The translations under genes and the position numbers were made by a program. From Antedon mediterranea (taxonomy: Eukaryota; Animalia; Echinodermata): DNA of 64,000 nucleotides. Positions 44,101-55,100 of this stretch are shown here, piece by piece (the stretch's first letter is position 1; every line of letters begins with the position of its first letter). The notes beneath the pieces are model-generated. The model saw only the letters and a program-made list of their open reading frames with translations, was not told where the DNA came from and made no database searches. The stretch spans positions 36,382,388 through 36,446,387 of the forward strand of contig NC_092670.1 of assembly GCF_964355755.1 (NCBI RefSeq), given 5' to 3'.

Positions 44101-47100
44101 GTACTGTAGGGATTTCCTTACACTATGAAAAGGTTGCCAGAGTTGTGTAAGTATACAAAACTGTACTGTAGGGATTTCCTTACACTATGAAAAGGTTGCC
44201 AGACTCGTATGTATACAAAACTGTACTGTAGGGATTTCCTTACACTATGAAAAGGTTGTGTAAGTATACAAAACTGTACTGTAGGGATTTCCTTACACTA
44301 TGAAAAGGTTGCCAGACTCGTATGTATACAAAACTGTACTGTAGGGATTTCCTTACACTATGAAAAGGTTGCCAGACTCGTATGTATACAAAACTGTACT
44401 GTAGGGATTTCCTTACACTATGAAAAGGTTGCCAGACTCGTGTAAGTCTTACAAAATACTATGGTAAACTTAAATAACATTTAATGTCAACCTCAAAAGA
44501 TTGTTGTTGCTACTGTATTTGTTGCCTATAGAGTGGAACTTCTACTAGGGGATACATTCAGGACCCAACAGGGTGTCCCTGAATAGAGGTTGGCTGTAGT
44601 GTTAAAACATACAGTACGTCCCTGTTCATTCGTGTCTTGCGAAATGTTCCCCTAAATTGGAGTGTCCCCTAAATATGGTGTCCTAATGGAGGAGTTCTAC
44701 TGTATGTCAAGAGTTGAATTTCATTCCATCCAACAACTGTAATGTGACCTTCCACCTCTGCCTAACCATGCTTGACCATTCTGATTGGTTGTTATTGTTT
44801 CAAATCAATACAGCATGCAGTCAGGAGATGTGGATAGATGTTTTAACTTACTCCAGAGTGCATTGGCTTTGGAAGATGAATTAGGGGCTCAACCAATGAG
44901 AATGATGCAACTCTACAACGTTGCTGCTACCATGCATAATGAGGTAAGTGGGCGGAGCTTAATTTGCATATGTGATAATGCCACCTTTAAAAGCCAAGTT
45001 GAAAAATCCATATTATGTTTAATCTTTAAAACTAATCTACTGGATCTTGTCAATGTTTAACAACAAAATATTCTGATTGGAATTTATTTTGTTTTTGCGT
45101 TCCATACGAAGTAAAATAAATGTATTTTTTTCATAGTTGAAATTATAAAGTGGCCTTCTGTATTGAATTTTTAGTATTTCATTACCAGAATGATTGCTCA
45201 TTTACTTCACAGAGATTAACACTTCACGACTTCATCACCAAGGCTATGATGCCTGACCTAAAAGAATGTATTAGTTTTAGGAGAAAAGCAATTAGAATAA
45301 GTGAACAGCTTACAGAACGATCAGAAAAATACAAGGTTAGTATGTTATTAACAATGCTATTAATACTAATTCAATTAATCGATCGATCGTGAAGGCCCAA
45401 AACAAATGGAAGAATCATAACTTTTCAGCAAAAATACCCGGTTTTCCCCAATTTGTATTAATGGATTCTGGCAAAAACAGAAAGACAATTAATGCAGCAA
45501 CTAGACAACGTCAGACTAGGCCTATAGCTAGCATACGATGTTCATACGTTACTGCTGGCCTAAGGTTAGCTAGGCTATACTGTCCATGAGAGGACATTCG
45601 ACGCGAACTACTTAGGTAGTGCATTGTTTCTCTCTTTTTATCATAATTTACCATAACACGTACATTTAAGACAAGGAATGACCTGGTTTAATGTTTTCAA
45701 AGTAATATATGCATTATGTTTACAAAACGTCAAAAATTGTAGGGAATGGATCTTTAAGAGGGTGTTTCAGATATAAGCCCAGGACCTTGGTTAATCAATA
45801 AGCAAGAAGTATTTTTTTTTTTTTTAAAGAATAGCAGAAGAAGAATTAAAAAACTGTTATCTCTATTTTAGTATGAACGTGCATTTTCATTGATGAAGTT
45901 GGCATTCAATCTGAAAACGTGGTTTGTCTTGAAAGGAGACAACAACTTATCAGCCCAAGAGGGCTTTGACCTTGGTGTAGAAAGCCTGAAAGAAGCTAAG
46001 GAGCTTTATGAGGAGGTAAGTGAATAAAACCAAGTTTGAGCTTGAAAATAATATAAGCTTCAGGCCTAGTGCACTTTTTTGACACACATTAAAGCATTTG
46101 AATATAACTTTGACCCTAATTTTATTTTAATTTATTCAAGCTTGGAGACAAAGGTCATGTTGCTGAGTGTATGATGAACGAAGGACTTCTTTTGGGAGAG
46201 GTGGACCAAGAGGGAGCATTGGAGGTATTTTAGTGGTTTTTGTTTTTTATAGAGAGAAATAGCAGAGATCATGGCTTGTCTTAGGGACAAAAAACAATTT
46301 ATATAATAATAAAAACAATAATTCAACTAGAATTTAATTCGTCACTTTGACGAATTATAGGTGATCATTTTTATCATTTTAATGAAATTAACATTTTTTA
46401 AACATGCACGTACGTTAACATACGATCGTAAAAAGCTGATGTACGCCATCCTATGACATGATGCATATACACTTATAGTGCTGAGTTGTACCTATTATGT
46501 GTCATATACAATATGTACAGTATATACTGTATATCTATATCCAGTGTAGCATAGGTGAAATTACGGGACCCACATCATGATCAAATTTTTTGGTATGATG
46601 GAATTATCAAAATAAACTCGAAGATGACAATTTCGAAAGATAATGAATTGAGCAAATAAATATAAGGATTGGAAGAGAATTTGACACGTAGAAGCGCAAT
46701 GCGCGCTCTTTGAAATTTGTATAACTTCGACTAAAGAAATTTAAAAACAACGTTTTAACTTCAACTGGCCATATGATAACATCACAACATCCAATAGGCT
46801 TAATTTTTATATGAATTCAAATCTACATTTCATCAGCTTTCATAATAAGTTATAATCTTCAAGGTCACCTTTAATTCTGAAGAGCTATAAGATATTCAAA
46901 TGTATGGTGTAGCTGAAATTACACGACCTAGGTTATTCAAGTTTTTACGCGTGATGACGTCATCAAAATAAAAATGTTGACAACTCATTAGAAGAATAAT
47001 TAATTGAGCCAGCACATACTAAAAGTTGTGCGAAAATCGGGCTCAAATAACGGAGATGCGCTCTATTGAATGTGATAACCCACACAAAAAGATAAAAATT

Positions 47101-48315
47101 CCTAATTTTTAAATTCAAGTGGCCATTTAATGACGTCATACCATTTTGTACGTCTAATGTGTATATACATTTGTATCTACAACTTATTGGCTTCCATAAT
47201 AAGTTTAAAAAATTGGGAGTCACCTGCCATTCTGAAGAGTTATATTCATTTTAAAAAGGCCTTATTTTTTACCATTTTCATCACTTTGATGCAATTAATT
47301 TGCGCATTTTGTCATTTTGAACTTGCTCGTATAGCGTTATTTTAAGTCGGAACTGACTCAAATTTGGTGAATGTACTAAGAATGGTGAGTAGAATGAGAT
47401 TTTTAAAAAAAATTCATATTTTTTACTCTTTTTAAGTATCGCGCGCGCAAATTTTTTTTTTGCCCAGTAATTTTTTGAAACACGCAAATGGCCTAATTCA
47501 TGCTCTAAATTGATCAAAACTTAATTTTGAGCGTTTTAAATTTTTAACGCGCGATTTCACGCGCATGACCCTATGTGCGCGTGCGTTTTTATTTGCTAAT
47601 ATTTTTACCCTTGACCTGAAGTTTACGTGTAGTGAATTTCATTAATATGTGATAATGAATTATGGAGATATGATTGATAATGTGATTTTGCAAAATGGCG
47701 TATAAATGACGTCACGGATGAGTGATCACGCTTATTAGGATTAAGTTATATTATTTGAAAGATATTCTGAAATTTTGGTAATCATTGACATTAAACTTTT
47801 TGAGATAATTGTTACACAAAATAGTGTACAGAAACAATAAAAAGAAAAAAAATAAAGATTTCATACAATAACAATAGGTGATCATTTAGATTCTAAATGA
47901 TCACCTAATAATAAGTACACTCCTACTAGTACTTTTGTCTTCTACAAAACAAGTAAATGCCACTGAAGTCTGTGGTAGATCAAACTAGTGCTGTGATGAC
48001 CTCTAGAAATATATTATTTTTATCCATTACTTGATATTTTTCTTTTAGATATACAGGAAAGCTGAAGTGATCTGTATTCAGACATACGGTGAGGTCAGCG
48101 TTCTGTCCAGTCGAATGTTCACAAATATCGCAATCCTTCTTGAGGAAATGAACAACTACGATGAAGCATACACATATTTTAAGAATGGTCTGTCCAGCAA
48201 GATTCAAGTGTTTGGAGATGACCATCCACAGACTGGACGTCTCAAGAGAGTCCTGCAAGAGCCAGCCTACCAGAGACTCGCAAGACAGGAACAGCAACAG
48301 AATCAGCAGCGTTGA
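32173..48315 (+). CDS. DUF4062 + STAND (NACHT/AAA_16-like) NTPase + TPR protein, TEP1/NPHP3-related (22 coding exons, ~1007 aa)
   Basis: Exons 32173-32379, 32534-32602, 33412-33518, 36611-36744, 37212-37345, 38259-38351, 38519-38611, 38748-38804, 39336-39472, 39861-39972, 40141-40248, 40642-40815, 41521-41708, 41992-42167, 42561-42705, 42977-43199, 43418-43536, 44814-44943, 45213-45335, 45872-46015, 46141-46224, 48049-48315; 3024 nt. DUF4062 motifs [36 protein letters not shown]; Walker A GGPGTGKS; Walker [10 protein letters not shown]; [13 protein letters not shown]; FYHRSL; TPR-like FGDDHPQT. Confidence 0.88.
32718..33320. repeat. 15-bp tandem repeat (GCCATCCTGCCTTCT), about 40 units, intronic
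   Basis: Seen directly; bracketed by catctagat at ~32708 and ~33350. Confidence 0.95.
33832..34182. mobile_element. MITE with AT target duplication (ISL2EU/PIF-like)
   Basis: at|AGAGTATCACGGTG..ACGTCAC ... GTGACGT..CACCGTGATACTCT|at. Confidence 0.7.
34574..34921. mobile_element. Young foldback element with ~120-bp near-perfect inverted arms
   Basis: Arms 34574-34695 and 34800-34921 are almost exact reverse complements (TTTTAAGTAAATTT...CTCTGTGACTTG); ~105-bp spacer; no obvious TSD. Confidence 0.85.
37869..38099. repeat. 13-bp tandem repeat (AAACTAGTCTTCT), about 18 units
   Basis: Seen directly in an intron. Confidence 0.95.
38935..38978 (+). ncRNA. Minimal type-I hammerhead ribozyme motif of Penelope-like element origin
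   Basis: attGCA-CTGATAA-agg...ccc-GAAAGCTC-TGC(t)aat: variant core, short stem II, palindromic AGCT in place of stem III, and stem I attgca/tgc(t)aat. Confidence 0.55.
39022..39222. repeat. ~67-bp tandem repeat x3 downstream of the hammerhead motif (likely PLE tail)
   Basis: ttattttattttgtatctccattgagatccagccactgatacccacagcattgt..ttttcagt occurs three times. Confidence 0.9.
40374..40580 (+). mobile_element. tRNA-derived SINE family B; second copy at 59948-60220 interrupted by a MITE
   Basis: tagcttggtggttaa (A-box), ggttcaatcc (B-box) and shared tail cctgtaattgg.gagtt..ctcgctg.tggatg. Confidence 0.75.
40882..41041. mobile_element. pogo/Tigger-type MITE; related copies at 44531-44702 and ~53263-53733
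   Basis: ta|CAGTAAAACCCCTATTAAGGGGACACC ... GTCCCTTAATAGAGG.TCTACT. Confidence 0.65.
41069..41400 (+). mobile_element. DeuSINE/Nin-domain-like tRNA SINE
   Basis: A-box tggccgagcgg, B-box-like ggttcaagg, then tcagataaggacgataaac.gtaggtcc..taaagaacc..gagtaaggggttaccccggtgt, matching the Deu domain as I recall it; ends in (TAAA)n. Confidence 0.7.
43501..44446 (+). repeat. Minisatellite, 60-62-bp unit x16, built from an exon 3' end plus donor site
   Basis: Unit gatttccttacactatgaaaaggttgccaga(gttgtgtaa/ctcgtat)gtatacaaaactgtactgtagg; the first 36 nt of copy 1 are coding ([11 protein letters not shown]). Confidence 0.95.
46325..47908. mobile_element. Helentron/DINE-like non-autonomous element (~1.6 kb)
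   Basis: One end: aactaga + hairpin aattcgtca-ctt-tgacgaatt + TAGGTGATCATTT. Other end: aacaa + hairpin TAGGTGATCATTTAG-ATT-CTAAATGATCACCTA. The interior is CpG-richer than the flanks and has no ORF. Confidence 0.6.
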
Positions 48316-50665
48316 TGCAGTTCCTACAAAAAGAGCTACAGTACTGTACTGTACTGTAGTATTGTGGCAGCAGTGTAGTGTCCCCTTCAACCAGTTTTGT
48401 TGTTAGTGTAAAGCCTTGTATAGACTATCAAACTAAAAGAAATATGATGTGCCCATATGGTAGTTGGTATGACATCATTGTGTCCATATACATGTATGGG
48501 AACATCACATTTTTGTTGTCACTTTAAGTTTGATAGTGTGGACAGACCTTTAAGCATGTACAATGTAAACTGTTGACATCATCTTTAAACATATTTCACA
48601 GATGTTCACAAGAAATGAAGAGTAGCACAGAGAGAAATCAGTTACCTCTCTAATAATCAATTTTTGGTTAAGTTTCAAAATACAAAATATGTTGCAGATA
48701 ACTGGTAAAAAATTACTGGTAGATTTTATCCACCTGTAAATAGGTTTAAAAATAGTACATACATTATGTTGAGAAGATTCAAATTTAATCAATAATAATA
48801 TAATAATAATAATAATTTAAATTTAATATACACAAAAATAAGTAATAATAATAATAGTTCATTCTTATCTAGCGCATATAAACAAGCTCTCAATGAGCTG
48901 CACATTATTGCCCCATTTTTTAGATCATGCACGTATGGAAACATACTCCCATAACAATGCAGCTAGTAATCAGCGCAAAGTTGTGTCTTGATCTAACCGG
49001 TACCCATTTTATACACCTGGGTGGAGAGAGGCAAATGTAAGTAAATTGTCTTGCCTAATGATACAAGCAATGCGGCGAGAGTTGGATTCGAACCACGATC
49101 TCACGATCAATAATTGTAAAACGTTCTGCGCCACACACCAAAGAGGATGCCCTCATATTCTAATAATTTTAAATATACTGGTTTGATTATCATTTCCCAG
49201 TCAGGTGTCAATATATGATAAAAATAGCTAGATATAGAATCCATTCATAATGATGTTTAATCAACTCTTTAGTATCAACTGCAGACATTACTTTTAAAGA
49301 GATTGACAATAAATAGCAAAAGTGTTCCGTCCTTAAATGCAGAAAACGTACTAGTATCTGAAATGAATGATTGTTTTTATAAAGTGCAGTAATTACATAA
49401 TCATGTATAATATGGACATTTATATTATGATTATAAATATTTTCAGCTGAAGATGAATATTATAATTTATAAAGAATATTTGTATACATCAGTAGAATAT
49501 GTAATGAATATTTATTATATAGTATATTTTTTAATTTGTGCATGTATAATTTTATATTATAGTACTTTTGTGTGTTTATACATGCTAGATGTATTTTGCC
49601 AGATAGTTTAAGCCAGGACAATTGTCCCTGTACACACTACTATTATCAATGCTATTATATTTAAAGTCCCTTTCGCACTATGGAATTCTTATTTAGATTC
49701 CGGGATAACTATTTTCCCACAGGTTAGATGTTTCTGGCAGTAAAGATGAAGTGAGTGTTTTTTTTATAAATGATTTGAATTTTCTTTTCTGGAAATCACT
49801 AACGATGAACTATTTGAGGCAAAGATAGACAGAAGGAGTAAAGTTCGAAAGGTGTTTTTTCATACCAAAAGTCTTTCTATTCTAGTACATATTATATTTT
49901 TGTTTTACGGGTATTGTAAAAGAAACTAATAAGTTGCTTTCATGTGTACAGTTCTTGTGTGTCTTACTTGAAAACGTTTTACGGATTAAGTGAAGCTCAC
50001 CCAAAATGTCTGCATAAAGTTGTAAATTTAAAAAACTATCAGTATCAATTAATAAATATCTTTAGTAAAATATTCAATAGTCAGTTATTTTTATTGTATC
50101 AACTTGCAAATACATTTATTTTTAAGGAAATAGAACGGGCAATATGATGTAATACAAAAATTAGCTGCTTAAACATAGGCTTATAAACCGAACTTGGTGC
50201 CGTGCCAAGTTTGGTTTAACTTAAACATTTAAGTTTGGTAGGTAAAGGTGTGTTAATGTTTCTATATAATTTTACCAAACTCATAAAAACAATAATGATG
50301 CAAATATTCATGAAACATCTGTACAGTACTTGTGTGCAGAACTTGTGCAAATGAAAGTGGTACCAGCCAATCACAAGAAGATGAATCAAACGTCTTTGTA
50401 TAAGCAGGCATTAAGCATGGCATACGGATATTAACCAAAAAACCCAGCTTTGTTGCAATAATATGTACCATAGCCACTCCAAATAAGGGCTTTCTGGCTT
50501 GATGTTAGCATTTTCTTACAAAAACCTACTCTCTACAACCATATAACTATTATTTTCATTAATTCTTCTTTGCATTAATCACAGTGAATGTCATTGTCTC
50601 AACAACACTAACATTTATCAGTTAAAGAATCTGTCATACACCAATTATTTTCCATACGTGCCCTG

Positions 50666-50866
50666 CAGTGGCTTATATGGCTATGAGTGATCACTGGCTG
50701 AACCCACAGCTAAACGCCCGGAGCTTATGGGGGCCCCTGAGCTGTGCCCAGAGAGAAAAAGAAACAGACATTCAAATACGTCGAAAAGGCTAAAAATGCC
50801 CGAGGCATTGGAGGGCCACTTTAGGGTTCCTAAACCAGGGCCTCGGGTCTCTATGTTACGCCAATG
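50666..50866. mobile_element. hAT-like MITE remnant
   Basis: CAGTGGCTTA...TACGCCAATG termini with imperfect 8-bp flanks gtgccctg / gtgcacta. Confidence 0.5.
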
Positions 50867-52111
50867 GTGCACTAAAAAAACACCCATTGGACCCATCTTC
50901 TAAACTTGGCAGTATTTGAGTTGTAAAAGTAAAACTGATCAAAGGTTTAGAAAACGTTGACCATAATCAAAATAATATTCAAGAAAAAAACAAATTAATA
51001 ACAGCTCAATAATGGATGGAAGTTTAGCACAAGACAATACAACTTGAAGCAAATACCTACACATTTATCTGCAGTATTGTATACTTAAAAGTTACAAATG
51101 ACAATACATCTGTTTACTGTCTATAACACAGGTGATCAACATTGAAACATACTATCTTTTTAATGATTTATTTGCAATTTGAATATCTGGAAGTAATTTC
51201 ACTTAAGGATAGCGATTGGGAAATGATTCTAGTATAGCCGATATCTTTTATACAACTTCTAAAGCTCTATCTACACTATCAAATCAATCGAAGCAATGTG
51301 ATGTGCCCATATATGGACATGGTGATGTCATATCATTTCCATATTTGGGCTTATCACCACCATATTAGGGCACATCTAGTTTGATATTGTAGACATAGCT
51401 TTATATTATTTTCAATTCAAATGCCTACTCACATAAACTGATACAGTTTGAAAATGAGTACAATTACAGGAAGAGGGGCTTCCTCATTAAATAAGTACTT
51501 TTTTATCCACAACTTTAAACGTTATACCACGACGGTCATTTCACAAGCTCTGATAATTTACTCAGACTTTATACAGAGTCTCTAAAAATCAAATTCAGTT
51601 GTACACGAATATCTATGTGTGCACATTTGAGTTTGAATATAATAGGGGAGGGGTTAATATGCTGGGTCAAAGGTGAAAGTTGTGGATCTTAAAAGTACCT
51701 AATAACCAAAATATGAATAGATTCCTAGAACAATAGGATATATCTATTAACATTAATACAGTTTATTGATCAGGTGTATATAACTAGACAAAGTACAGTC
51801 AACAATAGTGAGAAAGTTAACCCTCCTTGTTCCCCTTTCACATCCCATACAATACAGCATCCTATACAATTTCTATAAAATCAAAAAAATTTAAATCATC
51901 AATGCATCACTTTTCTCGCATGATGATGTTATTTTTTTTCTTTAACATTTGCATATGTAGTACATCCATCTACTGACATAAATATCCAACAAGAAGTTAG
52001 CAGCCAGACATGTTTGTTTACTGTTTCTATGACGATGGCCTGGATTTCACATGACCAGGCGAACGAACGAACCGTTCTTGTGCTATCTTTCGTTCCATTC
52101 CATGTCGTATA

Positions 52112-55100
52112 TCACGAACCAGTGATGTTTCTAAATGTACCAGAGCTGCTAGGAGGCGGCATCATGGTGTGACTATTATTGTGCAAATTAGTAGGTGCGG
52201 CCTTGCGAGTTGGAGGCATCAGGTACGGATCACGTGCCAATTGTAGCACATCTAAACGATTGTCTTTGTTGTATTCTAAACAACGACGAACAAAGTCCTG
52301 TAATTAAAAAATAACAATTTCATTAGCATATTATATATATACACAGTATCCTGTTATCATTATATAGAAATCACAAGATGTAGTAAGAAAAATCTCAAAT
52401 CTTTTGTTATATTTTTCTTCCTGATGTCAACAAATTTCTCTGTATGGGTCATTTTTTTTTCGTTTATCTAACTTCTCCCTATTAGGTTATAAGGGTATTG
52501 GTTGTGGTTATTCGATCAGTGTGATATACATAATAATCGATCAAGTTTGTTAGTGGTTTAATAGTGGTGTGGGGGGGGGGGGGTGTGGTTGGTACTGGCT
52601 TGAAAATAAAGATTAGTTTTCCATTGGACGCAAAGCCAATCAACATTGACCAATCACAAGCAACAGTTCCGATAATCCATACAAATTACTTGCAGTGTAT
52701 TTCGTTCAAATGGGAATCAAGCTGAAGTGAAAGAATCCCCTTTAAGATACATTAACAGACTGTTGCCTGCCTGGTGAGCTTGCCCTAAAAATCTCCATCG
52801 TCCAATTAATAAAAAATCATTTACCTTTGCTTCTTGGCTCACAGGTGGTTTATTTGGGAATTGCACTACAGTTGCTTTTAAGATTGTATTCTGTTCCAAG
52901 ATGGACGCTTGAGACAGATTGTGTCCAAATGGCTGCAAAAAAAACAAAACAAAAAGTGAATGAATTTGCTTGCTCAGAGGTTAAAAGCAAAGCAATCTAA
53001 AACAAATATTTAAAATATTCTTAATTGTTTTTAATACTCTGTTCATCCAGACATACCTTTTTACCATAAAGACATTGATAAAATATAACTCCAATGGACC
53101 ACACATCTACTTTGGACGATATTTTTGGTGGACCTCTTCCGACTACAAAACACTCTGGAGGCAAATACCTGCAGTGAAAGACAAGAACACATAATGCAGA
53201 GTGTTTTTATTGCTTTGTTAATGTGAGAACAAATACACACATGAGCCAAAATAAAACATGAATGTGGAAACCCTTTGGGACACTCCTATTCAGTAAATCC
53301 CTATTAAAGATGCATTGTCCCCCAAATACATGAAAAATGAAGATTAATAAAAATCAGACATTTAATAGGCCATTTTGAAGTTTTAATAAAGTTATTTACT
53401 TCTGTAGAAAAAAAATCCCAATTTATTATTTCACTTACAAAAAGACAAAATAAATTTTAACCAAAAACTCATTGTCTGACAGACAATTTAAGTATTTTTT
53501 TGCTTTAAATTATGAACTATTATGTGACATTAAAATGACATATTCAACAAAAAATTTATGACAAAAATATTTTTCAGGGGGGACAATATATTTTTAAGGG
53601 GCGACAATATATCTTTAAGGGGCACTTTCTCAAGAAACAAACAATGCAAAATATATGTCACCGTCTTTACATGGGACAACCCAAGATTTTTTTAATCTCG
53701 AAGGTGTCACCTTATTAGAGGTTGTTCTAATGTATAGGTGATTTCCTTACCAATATGTTCCAGCACCCTGTGACGTCAGGTCCATTCCACCTTCATTATG
53801 ATCGTAATTTTCTTCATCCATGATTTTTGAGAGACCAAAATCAGTTATTTTAATCTCTCCACTAGTCGTTCCAGAACTTAATAAAATGTTACCTATCAAG
53901 AAAATGTTGAAATAATATTTCAATTGATATTAATATATATCTATATGCTAATGAAAATAATATTTCAATTGATATTAATATATATCTACATGCTAATGAA
54001 AATAATATTTCAATTGATATTAATATTCAGTTCCACTTGCTAAATAAAATTAAATAATCCATGGAAGTTACATACCAGGTTTTAGATCGTAATGTATAAT
54101 GGGCGGTTTGCGTTCATTCAAATATTGAAGCGCCCTCACAGTTTGCATCATGATTGAACGTGCCTCTTTTTCAGGAATAAGTTTTGTTTGTTTCAAGTAG
54201 AAATCTAAATCTTTACCATCACAGTATTCTAATACAGTACAGAATCTAGAAATAAAAAGATTAAAATCCGAATATAAAGCTTCTGTCTTCACTATCAATC
54301 TTTATTTGACAAAAAATGTGCCCATATATGGACATTATGATGTCATAATTATCACTACCATATTTGGGCATGTTACACTTTTTTTTGTCACATAAGAGAT
54401 TAAATTCAATCATAATGGTAGTTTTAAATATTCTTGAGAAAGTATCATACAACATTATGTAATTTACAAACAGCCCTCATTTGTGCATGCAACTATCCTA
54501 TTTACAAATCTTTATACTGTATCGATCAATGTGCTTTTTTTTTTTATGGTATAATAATAAAACAAATACTTACGAGTTGCTATCTATTTCAAAAACATCA
54601 AATAGTTTAACAATTCTATTATGGTCTAAGCTTTTGTGAATTTCGTATTCTCGCAAGGCGTGCCTGTTGAGAAAAAAGTGAATCATTCATTAGAAAAATC
54701 ATAATCTAATTATAGTATTTTCTAATTTCAACCATTTAAATTAAATAAAAACAGTGAGGCGTGTGGGGCAGTGTGTTGGACGTTGGGATTACTGGTCGTG
54801 AGAATCCAACTCTCGCTACATTGCTTGTATCCTTACATTTGCCTCTTTTCACCCGGGTGTATAAAATGGATACCGGTTAGATCAAGACACAACTTTGTAC
54901 AACTATAGGACCGGGGTAATAATAATGTGAAGCGCATTGAGAGCTTGCTTATATAGTAGAGTAGAAATAAGGTTTCACCTCAAAAAAATTGCAACAAAAG
55001 GTATTTCAACGGATTTTGGTAGTATTAGGTGTACTAAACAACAGAAAAAAAGTCTCAAGAATTTCGACCCCCGGAAAGTGGTTTTTTTCAAGATGGCCGC

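Noticed and set aside
43501-44446. CRISPR-like array or in-frame micro-exon cassette array
   Set aside because: No unique spacers or cas genes, and the context is eukaryotic. AG-to-GT units are 37 nt and the intervening segments are about 24 nt, too short for ordinary introns.
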